A DNA stretch of 64,000 bases from a virus (taxonomy: Duplodnaviria > Caudoviricetes). Below, in pieces: positions 9,901-19,249 of this stretch; the stretch's first letter is position 1, and each line of letters starts with the position of its first letter. The notes beneath the pieces are model-generated. The model did not search any database, was not told the origin of the DNA, and saw only the letters and a list, made by a program, of their open reading frames with translations. The DNA lies in the IMG/VR virus record IMGVR_UViG_2531839534_000003; one strand, written 5' to 3'. The position numbers were made by a program, and so were the translations under genes.

Positions 9901-11744
9901 TTGGCGGGTCTAATAATGCAATTAAGCATATCCCAAAAGTTAAGTTTGCTAGTGGTACTGGATTTACAGATTCCATTAGACGCCCTATTACTAGGCCTAC
10001 TTTGGCATTATTAAATGATGGTAATGATAGTCCTGAAACGGACAATAGAGAAGCCTTAATACATCCTAACGGACAGTTAGAAGTATTAAATGGTCGTAAT
10101 ATCAATCGAATATTGATGCCAGGTACTGAAGTGTTAAATGCTACTGAATTGAAAATGTTGGCTTCCATGCAATCTATCCCATTTGCAAAAGGGACAGGAT
10201 TTTGGTCTAGATTATGGGATAGCACGACATCAGTAGCTGGAAATGTTTGGGATGGTATTAAAGATACAGCTGAAAAATTTACTAAAATGCTGTCATTTAT
10301 TGGCGATGCAGTTAAGGACCCTGTAGGAACATTATCTAAAAAGTTTAATCCAAATGCTAATAAATTAGCAGCGGTATTTAATCCACTTGGAAATGCACTC
10401 TTTAAAACTCCAATTAAAGAATCTAAAAATTGGTGGAAAGAACTTTGGTCTATGGCACAATCTGCCACTGATGAAGGAACAGTTGCGATGGGAGCAGTTG
10501 GAGATGATTACAGATTTAAAAATATGGCAAAGGATGCTGGTGCTGATCCGTGGGGCTATTATTTCAGAGAATGTGTTTCGTTTGTAGCCAGTCGCTTAGC
10601 AAATTTAGGCGTTAATCCTGCCTTATTTAGCCATCTTGGTAATGGTAACCAGTGGGTAAATGCTAGAGTTCCACATTTAAGTACTCCTAAGCCAGGAACA
10701 GTAGCAGTATATACTGGTAGTCCGACATCTAGTAATCACGTTGACTTTGTTACAGCTGTACATGGTAATACATACGATGGAGAAGAATATAACTTTAATA
10801 ATAATGGGTTATATCATCAATATAGTAGAAGACCAGTTTCTCATGCCGCGACATTCCTTGATTTTGGCGTTAGAGCTGGGAATAGTGAAGATAGTAAGCC
10901 ATTAAAGGATAAAAATTCACCACTTCAAAAATTAATTAAAGGTCAAGTTGGTGGTATGTTCGATTGGATTAAGAAAAATTTAGGACCATTATTAAATCCA
11001 GCTGGCGGTGAAGAAAGTAATATTCAGGGTACAGGTGCGGCAAGATGGCGAAATACGGTTATTAAAGCTTTAAAAGCTAATGGAATAGAGCCAACTGATT
11101 TTAGAATTTCTAAAATTTTAGCTACTATTCAACGGGAGTCAAATGGAGATCCAAATGCTCAAAACAATTGGGATAGTAATGCCATGGCAGGACATCCATC
11201 AATAGGTTTAATGCAGACCATAGGGCCAACTTTTGAAGCTTACAAATTATCAGGACATAATAACATTCGAAACGGCTATGACAACCTTTTAGCGGCGATT
11301 AACTATATCAAACATCGTTATGGAACTTCAGATGCTGCTTTTAATAGAGTGGCTTCATATGGTTATGCAAATGGCGGACTAGTATCTAAACATGGTGTCT
11401 ATGAATTAGCCGAAGGTAACATGCCTGAATATGTTATTCCTACTGATACTGCAAAACGTGGCAGAGCTTGGACCTTACTTGCTGAAGTAGTCGGTCAATT
11501 TGTTGGTGAAGAAAAATCAAAAATAAAAGGAACATCAAGCTCAGAAAGTGAGTCTGTGTTAGCTAAAAAATTAGATACAGTCATTTCTATTTTAGGACAA
11601 TTACTAGTGGGCCAAGACAAACAAGAAGTTATTCAAAATATCATAGATGGGAAATCATTTGCGACTGGTTTAGCACCGTATCAAACAGTAGCTAATGAAT
11701 TTCATACAAAACGGCAAGCACTATTAGAAGGGAGAATTCGTTAA
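6948..11744 (+). CDS. Tape measure protein with C-terminal CHAP and lytic transglycosylase domains
   Basis: 1598 aa helical; RECVSFVA..NHVDFV..EEYN (CHAP); IQRESNG..GLMQTI..AAINYI (SLT). Confidence 0.93.
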   Translation: MVKVNATMSTEIALNTIQASDSLKRITQLVNSATSAWKAQESQLRTTGDYLGAAQAKYDGLGNAIQHQQEKIEKLRKEQSELKGNTVETAEQYLKYQQQIDQATTKLSSLEVQQQKAKSSMDYYKSGLGDLQKEYKQQVDLSETYINRLKAEGKQSEAKQEKLKLLKSSINNLNKQYEVQENMLKKVAKNSGNTSNEYKLQKKRLDETATSIAKAKSSMDKLNAEIKESHKSSSLVGQLKNSFTKLNNKVDETEHKTSRLKGIFSATFAANIISNGFQNILGSIRGKIDDLISSSSEYVKYQQTMNATWLTLTGNVKEGQKMVDITNQMAQAAANSTEMVDGMNQKFYAVTHNVELTKQQTQAILTLQDAFGQTDAAVENFSTQWAQMIANGKVQGQDMMSIINVFPEMKNQLKEVAGQELGIANITQEQYAKLQSDGKITAEMAQKALFELQDKYKDATANFSTTIGGLERTIQSRMPAVVAAFRGPIDKMKNPFLQQIGNWVADPNTEGKFKELGEHVSKGLGTIMDAFSKVFNLGNGTDKLNGFMDSLNKLVDKLSKSIAKNAPKIVAFFKEAKDSLIALFSIGKDFAGGVWETAVAMIKGVAGALGTMAGNGKKAKVPVTSLSKALGSIAQHKTAIKTVGSLFAMYFVGSKVASGVMKVAQAINFMKKSTLAMTVAQKAAAAAQKVAMGVQWALNAAMSANPIGATVVAIAALIAGFVMLYKHNKKFKKFVDGIAKSVKNGIGVAIKWLKNKFSGLSKGWKNFIKAIKNGAKKVVGFFVNVGKIIKKVMTTIGKILIFTNPVVLGFALMYKQSPKFRKFIKNIVGFVGDMKNGISKKTKQIGKDWSKHWTDVKKSASKTWNKINNNTKKSTDKLAKEIRKKQEDIHNKWNKSWKSLRDYLSDRWDDMNELTKKKFGKDIKGLLFENLDKIGNKFQDTWNKIKKGFSELWSGLKRLAGDGINAVIKIPNAGIDGINSLISDFGGSNNAIKHIPKVKFASGTGFTDSIRRPITRPTLALLNDGNDSPETDNREALIHPNGQLEVLNGRNINRILMPGTEVLNATELKMLASMQSIPFAKGTGFWSRLWDSTTSVAGNVWDGIKDTAEKFTKMLSFIGDAVKDPVGTLSKKFNPNANKLAAVFNPLGNALFKTPIKESKNWWKELWSMAQSATDEGTVAMGAVGDDYRFKNMAKDAGADPWGYYFRECVSFVASRLANLGVNPALFSHLGNGNQWVNARVPHLSTPKPGTVAVYTGSPTSSNHVDFVTAVHGNTYDGEEYNFNNNGLYHQYSRRPVSHAATFLDFGVRAGNSEDSKPLKDKNSPLQKLIKGQVGGMFDWIKKNLGPLLNPAGGEESNIQGTGAARWRNTVIKALKANGIEPTDFRISKILATIQRESNGDPNAQNNWDSNAMAGHPSIGLMQTIGPTFEAYKLSGHNNIRNGYDNLLAAINYIKHRYGTSDAAFNRVASYGYANGGLVSKHGVYELAEGNMPEYVIPTDTAKRGRAWTLLAEVVGQFVGEEKSKIKGTSSSESESVLAKKLDTVISILGQLLVGQDKQEVIQNIIDGKSFATGLAPYQTVANEFHTKRQALLEGRIR

Positions 11745-13312
11745 TGGGAATTGAATTAACATATGATGGGATAAACATCAATGATGAAATCGATAAAATT
11801 CCAGGAGGAAGATTCTACATTAACGATGTTCCTCCAGTTAATAATTCAACTATTTCCAATACTTATTTAGATCAAGGTATAAATAGATATGGGCAACAGT
11901 TACTTTATAGCAATTATAATATTGCTACATTGTCAGTTTCTTTTAAAATGACTGGAACGATAGATTACTTCTATCAAGTTTCAAATACAATAAACAGTTT
12001 ATTATCTACTAGAAATGCTAAGAAATTAACTTTTAGCCATTTTTCTAATATCAGTTGGGAAGCTATTCAAAATAGTAAAGTATCTCCGATTATTGATTAT
12101 TCAACTTCGCCATTTACAGCCTCTGGTACTATTTCATTCGAAATTCCAAAGATATACGGAGAGAGGGATGATTATTCAGAAGTCACTACGGAACAAAATG
12201 GTAAATTTGGAGAAATTGTTCAGATTTCTCCAAATCATTTTAAAGCTACTCTAAATAATTATGGTTCAGCAGAAACTAATCCAATAGTGACAATTACGCA
12301 TCATTCAGAGAATGGTTATATTGGATTAGTAGGAGCTGATAGCATTGTTGAAATTGGTAATAAAGGGGAACAGGATGTGACACCCGATCAAAAATCAGAA
12401 CGACTTTTAGATTTTAGAGGAAACGATGGATTTAAAGCTGGGTTTGAGAAAGCTACTTTTAATCAAGGTACTAATGTATCAATGAATGAAAGTAATTTCA
12501 ATGGTAATATAGGAATCCAAAATTGGAATGGTAGACAAAGTATTACTATTGACAGGTCGACAACCGCGTTTGGTGGTTCAGATTTAAGAGGTTCTTTAAC
12601 TTGGGATATTCCTGCAGATACAGAAGGGAACAAAGGATCACTACATGATTATATATGGTGGCGTCAGATATATGTCCTTGGCTTAATGAGTCAAGCAGGC
12701 GGTCTGAAAGTAGTGGTTACTGATGAAAATGATAAATTTTTATATGGTGTTGAGACATTGAAACTAGGTGATGGGATGTCTGTTAATTACAATTGCTTTG
12801 GTTCATATGCTGATGGTAGTTATAAATTATTAAAATCATTTAAATTTGAAGCTAATGAAAGTGATTATCATAATCCTTTTAACTCATCAAGAGGTTGGTC
12901 AGATATCGTTAGAGAGGATGAAAATCTAAGCTTTTATTGGTTTGGTTCACGTTATGAGAGAGTATGTCCTGAGATAAAAGGAAGAAAGTCGGCTAAGGTT
13001 CATCTTATTATTGAGGCAAGAGGAAATAGGCCACGAGCAACTTTGATGTTTTTCCAAGAATTTTTATATCAAAAGAATAAAGTTGAATTCATGAGAGATA
13101 TTCCAAATAGATTTGGAACTGGAAGTCAAGTAATTATTGATAATGAAAAAGGAAAAATAGTTATTAGCAATATAGAAGATTTTTCTCCCCTTGTTCCAGG
13201 TTCGGAATTCTTTTCAATACCAACGGGAACGAGTGAAATACATTTCTTTACCTCAGATTGGGTAACATCTCCTCCAACCATATCTTTTAAGTGGAAGGAG
13301 AGGATAATATAG
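11744..13312 (+). CDS. Distal tail protein (long, evolved Dit with probable inserted carbohydrate-binding module)
   Basis: 522 aa directly after TMP; beta-rich aromatic central insert. Confidence 0.8.
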   Translation: MGIELTYDGININDEIDKIPGGRFYINDVPPVNNSTISNTYLDQGINRYGQQLLYSNYNIATLSVSFKMTGTIDYFYQVSNTINSLLSTRNAKKLTFSHFSNISWEAIQNSKVSPIIDYSTSPFTASGTISFEIPKIYGERDDYSEVTTEQNGKFGEIVQISPNHFKATLNNYGSAETNPIVTITHHSENGYIGLVGADSIVEIGNKGEQDVTPDQKSERLLDFRGNDGFKAGFEKATFNQGTNVSMNESNFNGNIGIQNWNGRQSITIDRSTTAFGGSDLRGSLTWDIPADTEGNKGSLHDYIWWRQIYVLGLMSQAGGLKVVVTDENDKFLYGVETLKLGDGMSVNYNCFGSYADGSYKLLKSFKFEANESDYHNPFNSSRGWSDIVREDENLSFYWFGSRYERVCPEIKGRKSAKVHLIIEARGNRPRATLMFFQEFLYQKNKVEFMRDIPNRFGTGSQVIIDNEKGKIVISNIEDFSPLVPGSEFFSIPTGTSEIHFFTSDWVTSPPTISFKWKERII

Positions 13313-15567
13313 TGCAAATTGCTATACATAATTCTAACGGAGTTAAAGTAGCATCTATGAATAATGATATTTATGATATGCTACACTATTCAAATGATAT
13401 TTGGCATAGATATTTAAGTTCTGGTGGTTCTACATTTGATTTTACCGTATCAAAAGTAACTAATGGGATGTTACATCCAGATGTAAAGTATCTTAATGAT
13501 TCTTGTTACTTTAGCTTTGTCTACCAGGGAAAAACATTTAAATTCTATGTTATGACTATGACAGAAGACAGCCTTACAATGACCTTTAATTGTAACAGTT
13601 TAAATTTAGAATTAAATAATGAATTCGCTCAACCCTATACAGCTACCGAAGCTATGACTATTGAAGAATACTGTCAAAAAATGGATCTTTTATCTTTTGC
13701 TAATGCATACATTGGATTGAATGAGATTTCTGATAGGAAACGAACTCTAACTTTTGATAGCACAGAAGAAACAAAACTTGCTAGATTACTTTCTCTAGTT
13801 AGTCAATTTGATGCTGAAATTGAATTTGACCTTAAAACCTTTTCAGATGGTAGAACTGAAAAACATATTTACAATTTTTATCATGCCCATGATGATAGTC
13901 ATAACGGAGTAGGAAGAACAAGAAATGATATTTTATTAAGGTTTCCTGAAAACTTAAATAGTATTCAAGTTGTTTCTGATAGGACTCAGCAATATACAAT
14001 GGGAGTTTTCAAAGGGACCAGAACGGTAAAAAAGGGTGATGGAGATTCTGCAACTGAAGAAAGTGAAAATTTTGATTTAACTAATTTAGAGCGAAGTGAT
14101 AAAAATAATGACGGTATAGAAGAATTTTACACACGTAAGGGAAATCCAGCTATTTATGCTCCACTTGCTGCGAAACGATATCCAACTGCTGAAGGTAGTT
14201 CTGATTTATGGACTAAACGTGAATTTGTTACGGAATACTCAACCGAAGAAGATTTAGCTAGCTATGGCTTTAGACAAATGAAACAATTCTCATATCCTCA
14301 ATATACGTATACAGCAATTGTAAATGCCTTAGCTATAAATTCTTATAGTGACTTATCGTTAGGGGATGTTATTAGATTACAAGATATTAGATATTTTACA
14401 GATGGTTTGGTCTTAAATGCTCGTATTTTAGAACAAATTAAATCATTTTCTAATCCACAATCAGATAGTATTATTTTCAGTAACTATCTAAGATTATCAA
14501 ATGGCATTGATTCAACTCTAGCTGAAGAAATACAAAAGCTGATTGATAATAGATTGCCATATACTATTGATTTATCCACAAATAATGGAACTACTTTTAA
14601 AAATGGTAATGGATTATCTCGTATCACACCAACCCTAAAAAGAGGAAATAAAGTAATAAGCTGTGATTGGAGATGGATTGTTGGCAATGAAATTAAATCA
14701 GTAAGTCCATCATATGTAGTTGATGGCTCAACAATTACTGCTGAGACACCTCTAACTGTTACAGTTGATGCTTATATCGATAATAAACTAGTCGCAACCC
14801 GTGAAATAACGTTTACCAATATGACTGATGGTTCTGACGGTAAATCATCTTACTTACATGTCGCTTATGCTAATAGTTTAGATGGAAAGCAAGACTTTAG
14901 TTTGACTGAAAGTAATGGCCGTTCTTATCGTGGTGAATACTCCGATTTTTTACCGATTTCATCTGATGACCCAACTAAATACACTTGGGCTAGATTTAAA
15001 GGCGAAAAAGGTGATACAGGGCTATTAGATGATGCAAAACTTAAAAAATTAACAGATACAATTAACACTAAGGCAGATAACCAATTAACACAGGCACAAC
15101 TTGACGCCTTATCAGAACAAGCAGAACTTGCAAAAGCTGAATTGAATGCAAAAGTTAGTGCTGACACGCTTAATCAAATTGTCCTCGCTTATAATGAATA
15201 TGTTAGAGCAAACGAAAATGACAAGCAAGAGGCTGAACAAAGTCTTATTGAATGGTCTCAACGTGTTGAGGTATTAGGTACACAATTAGGCGATGTTAAA
15301 TCAACTGTCAACTATCTCGATACCTATATCAGTCAATCAGCTAAAGGTATTAGTATTGGTAAAAGTGGCAGTAACTCATCAATGTTAATTAGTAATGATA
15401 GAATCTCAATGTTTTCTGCTGGTAATGAAGTAATGTATATTTCACAAGGGATTATTCATATCGAAAATGGTATCTTCTCAAAAACTATCCAGATTGGGCG
15501 TTATCGTGAAGAACAATACGTGATTAATCCAGACATGAATGTCATGAGATATGTAGGAGGAAGTTAA
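13312..15567 (+). CDS. Tail-associated/baseplate protein (Tal-like) with short collagen-like motifs
   Basis: AAGGAGAGG at 13295-13303 favours GTG 13312; GSDG and GEKGDTG motifs; C-terminal coiled coil. Confidence 0.8.
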   Translation: MQIAIHNSNGVKVASMNNDIYDMLHYSNDIWHRYLSSGGSTFDFTVSKVTNGMLHPDVKYLNDSCYFSFVYQGKTFKFYVMTMTEDSLTMTFNCNSLNLELNNEFAQPYTATEAMTIEEYCQKMDLLSFANAYIGLNEISDRKRTLTFDSTEETKLARLLSLVSQFDAEIEFDLKTFSDGRTEKHIYNFYHAHDDSHNGVGRTRNDILLRFPENLNSIQVVSDRTQQYTMGVFKGTRTVKKGDGDSATEESENFDLTNLERSDKNNDGIEEFYTRKGNPAIYAPLAAKRYPTAEGSSDLWTKREFVTEYSTEEDLASYGFRQMKQFSYPQYTYTAIVNALAINSYSDLSLGDVIRLQDIRYFTDGLVLNARILEQIKSFSNPQSDSIIFSNYLRLSNGIDSTLAEEIQKLIDNRLPYTIDLSTNNGTTFKNGNGLSRITPTLKRGNKVISCDWRWIVGNEIKSVSPSYVVDGSTITAETPLTVTVDAYIDNKLVATREITFTNMTDGSDGKSSYLHVAYANSLDGKQDFSLTESNGRSYRGEYSDFLPISSDDPTKYTWARFKGEKGDTGLLDDAKLKKLTDTINTKADNQLTQAQLDALSEQAELAKAELNAKVSADTLNQIVLAYNEYVRANENDKQEAEQSLIEWSQRVEVLGTQLGDVKSTVNYLDTYISQSAKGISIGKSGSNSSMLISNDRISMFSAGNEVMYISQGIIHIENGIFSKTIQIGRYREEQYVINPDMNVMRYVGGS

Positions 15568-17465
15568 TGGCAACGAGTAATTTTAACGGCACTTATGGTA
15601 AACTTTTAAAACTCGAAGGTCTCTACGGGGTTGTCTCGCAGGATAAAGTTAAAAACCAGTCAAAAATTCGTGTTTGGACCAATCTAATCATGGGTAATGG
15701 AGGTAATATTTCAGGAGGATCAGGAAACGTTACTATTCATCTTAATGGTGGTGGGGCTATCAATAATGTAACTGTTAACATAGGCAGTAATTCAAAAATT
15801 TTACTTTGGTATCAAGAATATACGATTAATCACGATTCACAAGGAAATGCGAAAGTTGATATTTCTTTAACTGTTTATAGTGGTTTCTCAAACTATGGAA
15901 GTGCGACTGTTAAATTAAGTGGGGACTTACCTCAAATAAAAAGAGCTTCAACAGTTTCAGCACCGACCACCGATTTAGGAAGCAATGCTACGATTACGAT
16001 TACCCCGTCAGACAGCTCTTATACTCATACGGTGAGATACGAGTTTAATGGCAAAACAGGAGTAATTGCTCAAAATGTTACGACATCTACAAATTGGCAA
16101 GTGCCTCTAAGCTTTGCGAATGACTTGCCTAATTCGATAAGTGGTATTGTTACGATATATGTTGATACATATGCAGGAAATACACCGCTTGGGACTAATT
16201 CTACATCTATGAATGTTAATGTCCCGAGTACGTTAATTCCGACCATTAGTAGTTTTACACTTACTGAAACTAATGCAACAGTTTCTAAGTTAATAACAGA
16301 TTCAAATTATTTTGTACAAATATACTCACAAATTAAAGCCAATCTTGGAAGTGCTAGCGGTGTCAATAAATCAACAATAAGTAGTTTTAAAGCTGAAATA
16401 GTTGGTAAGGACATGTCAGTCAGTTCAGACGGTGGCGTATTTGGATTAATTAATTTTTCCGGTACTTTTACAGTTAGGGCGACGGTAACAGATTCAAGAG
16501 GTCGTGAGAGTAAGCCACTTGATAAAACGATAACCATTCTTGAATATAAGCCACCTCAATTAAATTATTCGGTTTTAAGAACTGGAAGTACATCAAGCAC
16601 ATTAACTGTTACTAGAAATGCCCAAATATCGCCTTTAACAGTAAACGGCGCACAAAAAAACATAATGACACTTACTTTTAAGGTATCACCCTATAATAAG
16701 GAAGCATACACAACAGATAACGGCCAAGCTTCTGGACAATGGTCGGCAATAAGTAGTTTAACCAACTCGCAAGCAAATCTTGCTGGAACTTATGTAGCGA
16801 ATTCCTCATGGGATATTATAGGAGTGTTGACTGATAGTTTAGGTGGATTAGTAACCTTTAAAACAACAGTAACGTCTGAAAAGGTAGTATTTTCTTATGA
16901 TAAAAATGGTATGGGAATAGGAAAGCCACGCGAATTTGGTGTCTTAGATGTTGCAAAAGGTGGTATCTATCATGATGGTAAGCTCATTCAGTTAAAACAA
17001 TTGACAGATGATAAAGGGAAATGGTTGCCTGATATTAAAGTTGTCACTCCAGATTCAAGTCCTCGTTTCAAAGATGTATCTGTCACAAGTATAGATGCAA
17101 CATCAGCAGTAACTGCATCTAAAATATTAATGACTGATACTAAACGGACCACTTTTGGTTTTCCTTTTGGCTTGTCAGCTCAAGCTTTGCGCAAGGGAAA
17201 TATGGTTACACTTGTTATTAGTCGTTCAGGTGCAAATGTTGGATCATATGAATATAGTTTAATGAATGAAACCATTCCTTTAGGATATCGACCAGCTATT
17301 GAAACCCCTTTTCCTATAGTCGCAAATAGTGGGGCTAGTGTTCAAGGCACAGCAGTTTTACACTTGTTGAATAATGGACAAGTTAAATTAACAAATAACT
17401 TAACAAGTACAAAAATTTGGAATGGAACGATCACTTATATCACAAATGATACTTATCCATCTTAG
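15567..17465 (+). CDS. Minor tail / receptor-binding protein (DUF859-like)
   Basis: 632 aa Ser/Thr beta-rich; TIPRAS-like QIKRASTV motif; position after Tal. Confidence 0.7.
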   Translation: MATSNFNGTYGKLLKLEGLYGVVSQDKVKNQSKIRVWTNLIMGNGGNISGGSGNVTIHLNGGGAINNVTVNIGSNSKILLWYQEYTINHDSQGNAKVDISLTVYSGFSNYGSATVKLSGDLPQIKRASTVSAPTTDLGSNATITITPSDSSYTHTVRYEFNGKTGVIAQNVTTSTNWQVPLSFANDLPNSISGIVTIYVDTYAGNTPLGTNSTSMNVNVPSTLIPTISSFTLTETNATVSKLITDSNYFVQIYSQIKANLGSASGVNKSTISSFKAEIVGKDMSVSSDGGVFGLINFSGTFTVRATVTDSRGRESKPLDKTITILEYKPPQLNYSVLRTGSTSSTLTVTRNAQISPLTVNGAQKNIMTLTFKVSPYNKEAYTTDNGQASGQWSAISSLTNSQANLAGTYVANSSWDIIGVLTDSLGGLVTFKTTVTSEKVVFSYDKNGMGIGKPREFGVLDVAKGGIYHDGKLIQLKQLTDDKGKWLPDIKVVTPDSSPRFKDVSVTSIDATSAVTASKILMTDTKRTTFGFPFGLSAQALRKGNMVTLVISRSGANVGSYEYSLMNETIPLGYRPAIETPFPIVANSGASVQGTAVLHLLNNGQVKLTNNLTSTKIWNGTITYITNDTYPS

Positions 17466-17476
17466 AAAGGACAACT

Positions 17477-17887
17477 ATGAAACTTACATTCATAAGGAAA
17501 TTACAAGAATTTGATGAAACGGGACAACCTAGTTCCACTAAAGTTATTTTAGGAAACACAGACGGCGCATTGTTCCCCGTCTTTTTAAATGCCGAAAAAA
17601 TCAATTTAAGTAACACTAAGCTACTAAATTTAGCACTTGAAAAAATTTATGAAGAGAATTTTCCACAACGTGCTGAAAATGAAAAATTTAATTTATTTGG
17701 TTCTAAGATCGCAGAAGTTGATGCAACTATTGAAAAAGCAAATAAAAAAATTGAAGAAATGACAACTCAAATGACAAGTCAAAGAACGCAATCTGCAGTT
17801 GCTCAAAAAACGATTTTGGATTTACTTACCTTACTCTATACGAAAGGTCTCATCAATGATGAAGATTTTACAAAACTTACACAATAA
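17477..17887 (+). CDS. Conserved phage protein (DUF1366-like)
   Basis: 136 aa, LEKIYEENFPQRAENEKF motif; pre-lysis position. Confidence 0.6.
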   Translation: MKLTFIRKLQEFDETGQPSSTKVILGNTDGALFPVFLNAEKINLSNTKLLNLALEKIYEENFPQRAENEKFNLFGSKIAEVDATIEKANKKIEEMTTQMTSQRTQSAVAQKTILDLLTLLYTKGLINDEDFTKLTQ

Positions 17888-17909
17888 ACTAGAAAGAGGA
17901 AAATTAATT

Positions 17910-18062
17910 ATGATTATGTTATTTGCTTTAAATGTCGTTTATAATAACTACCCTTGGAAACCAATCCCAGCAATTCTAAAACCAAAAATTAAAGAACAAA
18001 TTATTCTTATTGTTGGTGCTGATAATATGGAATTGGTTAATCAACTAACCAAAGAAGATTAG
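17910..18062 (+). CDS. Small phage protein, 50 aa
   Basis: AGAGGA RBS at 17895-17900; same frame as track ORF 17799. Confidence 0.55.
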   Translation: MIMLFALNVVYNNYPWKPIPAILKPKIKEQIILIVGADNMELVNQLTKED

Positions 18063-18074
18063 AAAGGCTTACTT

Positions 18075-18494
18075 ATGAAGCAACATAAGAAAAGCAAAAT
18101 AATGAATTATATTGTTAAAGACTGGTATGCTTTAACAATGATAATCATTTCTTATGCTTTTGCTATTATCATGTTATTGCAGCCGTTCATTTTTCACAAA
18201 TTGTCATTAGAGCGTATACACAGTTTACCAAGTCAATTATTTGATCCAGTTATTACTGGTTTGTGTTTAATCATTTTTGCTTCTGTGAAATTATTAGGTC
18301 AAATCTTAAAAAATAAAAGTATTCGCTTACTAGGATTGATGGCTCTAAATATCGTTTGGGCAATAACAGCAGTATCTTTGTTTTATCGTTTTTTACATGG
18401 GTCACAATCAGCAACTTTTCTATTATCTTTTGCAATGGTTTTAATTGGCTTTGGACAAGCATTAAGGGGTGACTATGGACAAAGACTTCATTAG
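18075..18494 (+). CDS. 4-TM membrane protein of lysis cassette
   Basis: 139 aa with four hydrophobic segments; RBS present. Confidence 0.7.
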   Translation: MKQHKKSKIMNYIVKDWYALTMIIISYAFAIIMLLQPFIFHKLSLERIHSLPSQLFDPVITGLCLIIFASVKLLGQILKNKSIRLLGLMALNIVWAITAVSLFYRFLHGSQSATFLLSFAMVLIGFGQALRGDYGQRLH

Positions 18495-18813
18495 ACAAGT
18501 AGTCACAGCTTTAATTACTGGAGTTGGCACAATCGCTGGTGCATTCTGGACATTTAGAGGAAAACACGAAGAAGTCCAAAGTGGAACTGAAAAGATTTAT
18601 ATTGACGGAAATCAATTGCTATTTGATAACATGCAAAAAGAAATAACGAGATTGACTCAAGATGTCGCTATTTTAAAAAACGATATGAAAGAAATGAAAG
18701 AAGACTACGAAGCAAAAATTGAGAGACTGGAAAAAGAAAATGACGACTTAAGAAATAAATTGAGAGATTCAATAGCAGAAGTGAAATACTTGAAGGAGAA
18801 ATTAAAACAATGA
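18475..18813 (+). CDS. TM plus coiled-coil protein of lysis cassette
   Basis: One N-terminal hydrophobic helix then heptad coiled coil; start 18469 or 18475. Confidence 0.65.
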   Translation: MDKDFIRQVVTALITGVGTIAGAFWTFRGKHEEVQSGTEKIYIDGNQLLFDNMQKEITRLTQDVAILKNDMKEMKEDYEAKIERLEKENDDLRNKLRDSIAEVKYLKEKLKQ

Positions 18814-19235
18814 ATAGTATTATTGAGAACATTATTGACTTAGCTGTAATCGTAGGAATGCTTGCACCTATCATTATTCAAGGAATAAAATTATTACAAG
18901 CACATACGACAGATAAACGTATAAAAGTTTTAGAAAGTTACGCTTTACGTGTTGTACAAACACTTGAACAAAATGCAAATTTAGCTGGTGGAGATAAAAA
19001 GAAATTGGCTTTAGAAAAACTAGCTAGTTACATTAATAAAAGCCCGCTTAATTTAAAAGTAACTGATACACAATTAAGTGACTTGATTGAATCTGCAGTT
19101 AGCAAGTTAGATAAAACTTCAAAAGCAGAAAAAATTAAGTCAGTAGAAGTTGAAGAAGAAGTTAAAACAACAGAACTATCAGCAGAACAACAAGCAAAAT
19201 TAGAAAGCATTTTAGCAACTGCACCATCTAATTAG
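18810..19235 (+). CDS. Holin (LL-H-like)
   Basis: Single N-terminal TM, VVQTLEQ..GGDKKKLA..IESAV pattern; directly before lysin. Confidence 0.75.
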   Translation: MNSIIENIIDLAVIVGMLAPIIIQGIKLLQAHTTDKRIKVLESYALRVVQTLEQNANLAGGDKKKLALEKLASYINKSPLNLKVTDTQLSDLIESAVSKLDKTSKAEKIKSVEVEEEVKTTELSAEQQAKLESILATAPSN

Positions 19236-19249
19236 TGGAGGTGAATTAA

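Noticed and set aside
7881-10587. Several long antisense or alternate-frame ORFs within the tape measure gene
   Set aside because: Fully overlapped by the TMP, no RBS; expected from codon bias.
18459-18469. Exact reverse-complement copy of the regulon 11-mer (CCCCTTAATGC) in the phage lysis region
   Set aside because: Inside a coding sequence and lacks both the TAT and the TAnnnT at the fixed spacing (reads ACCATT); probably chance.
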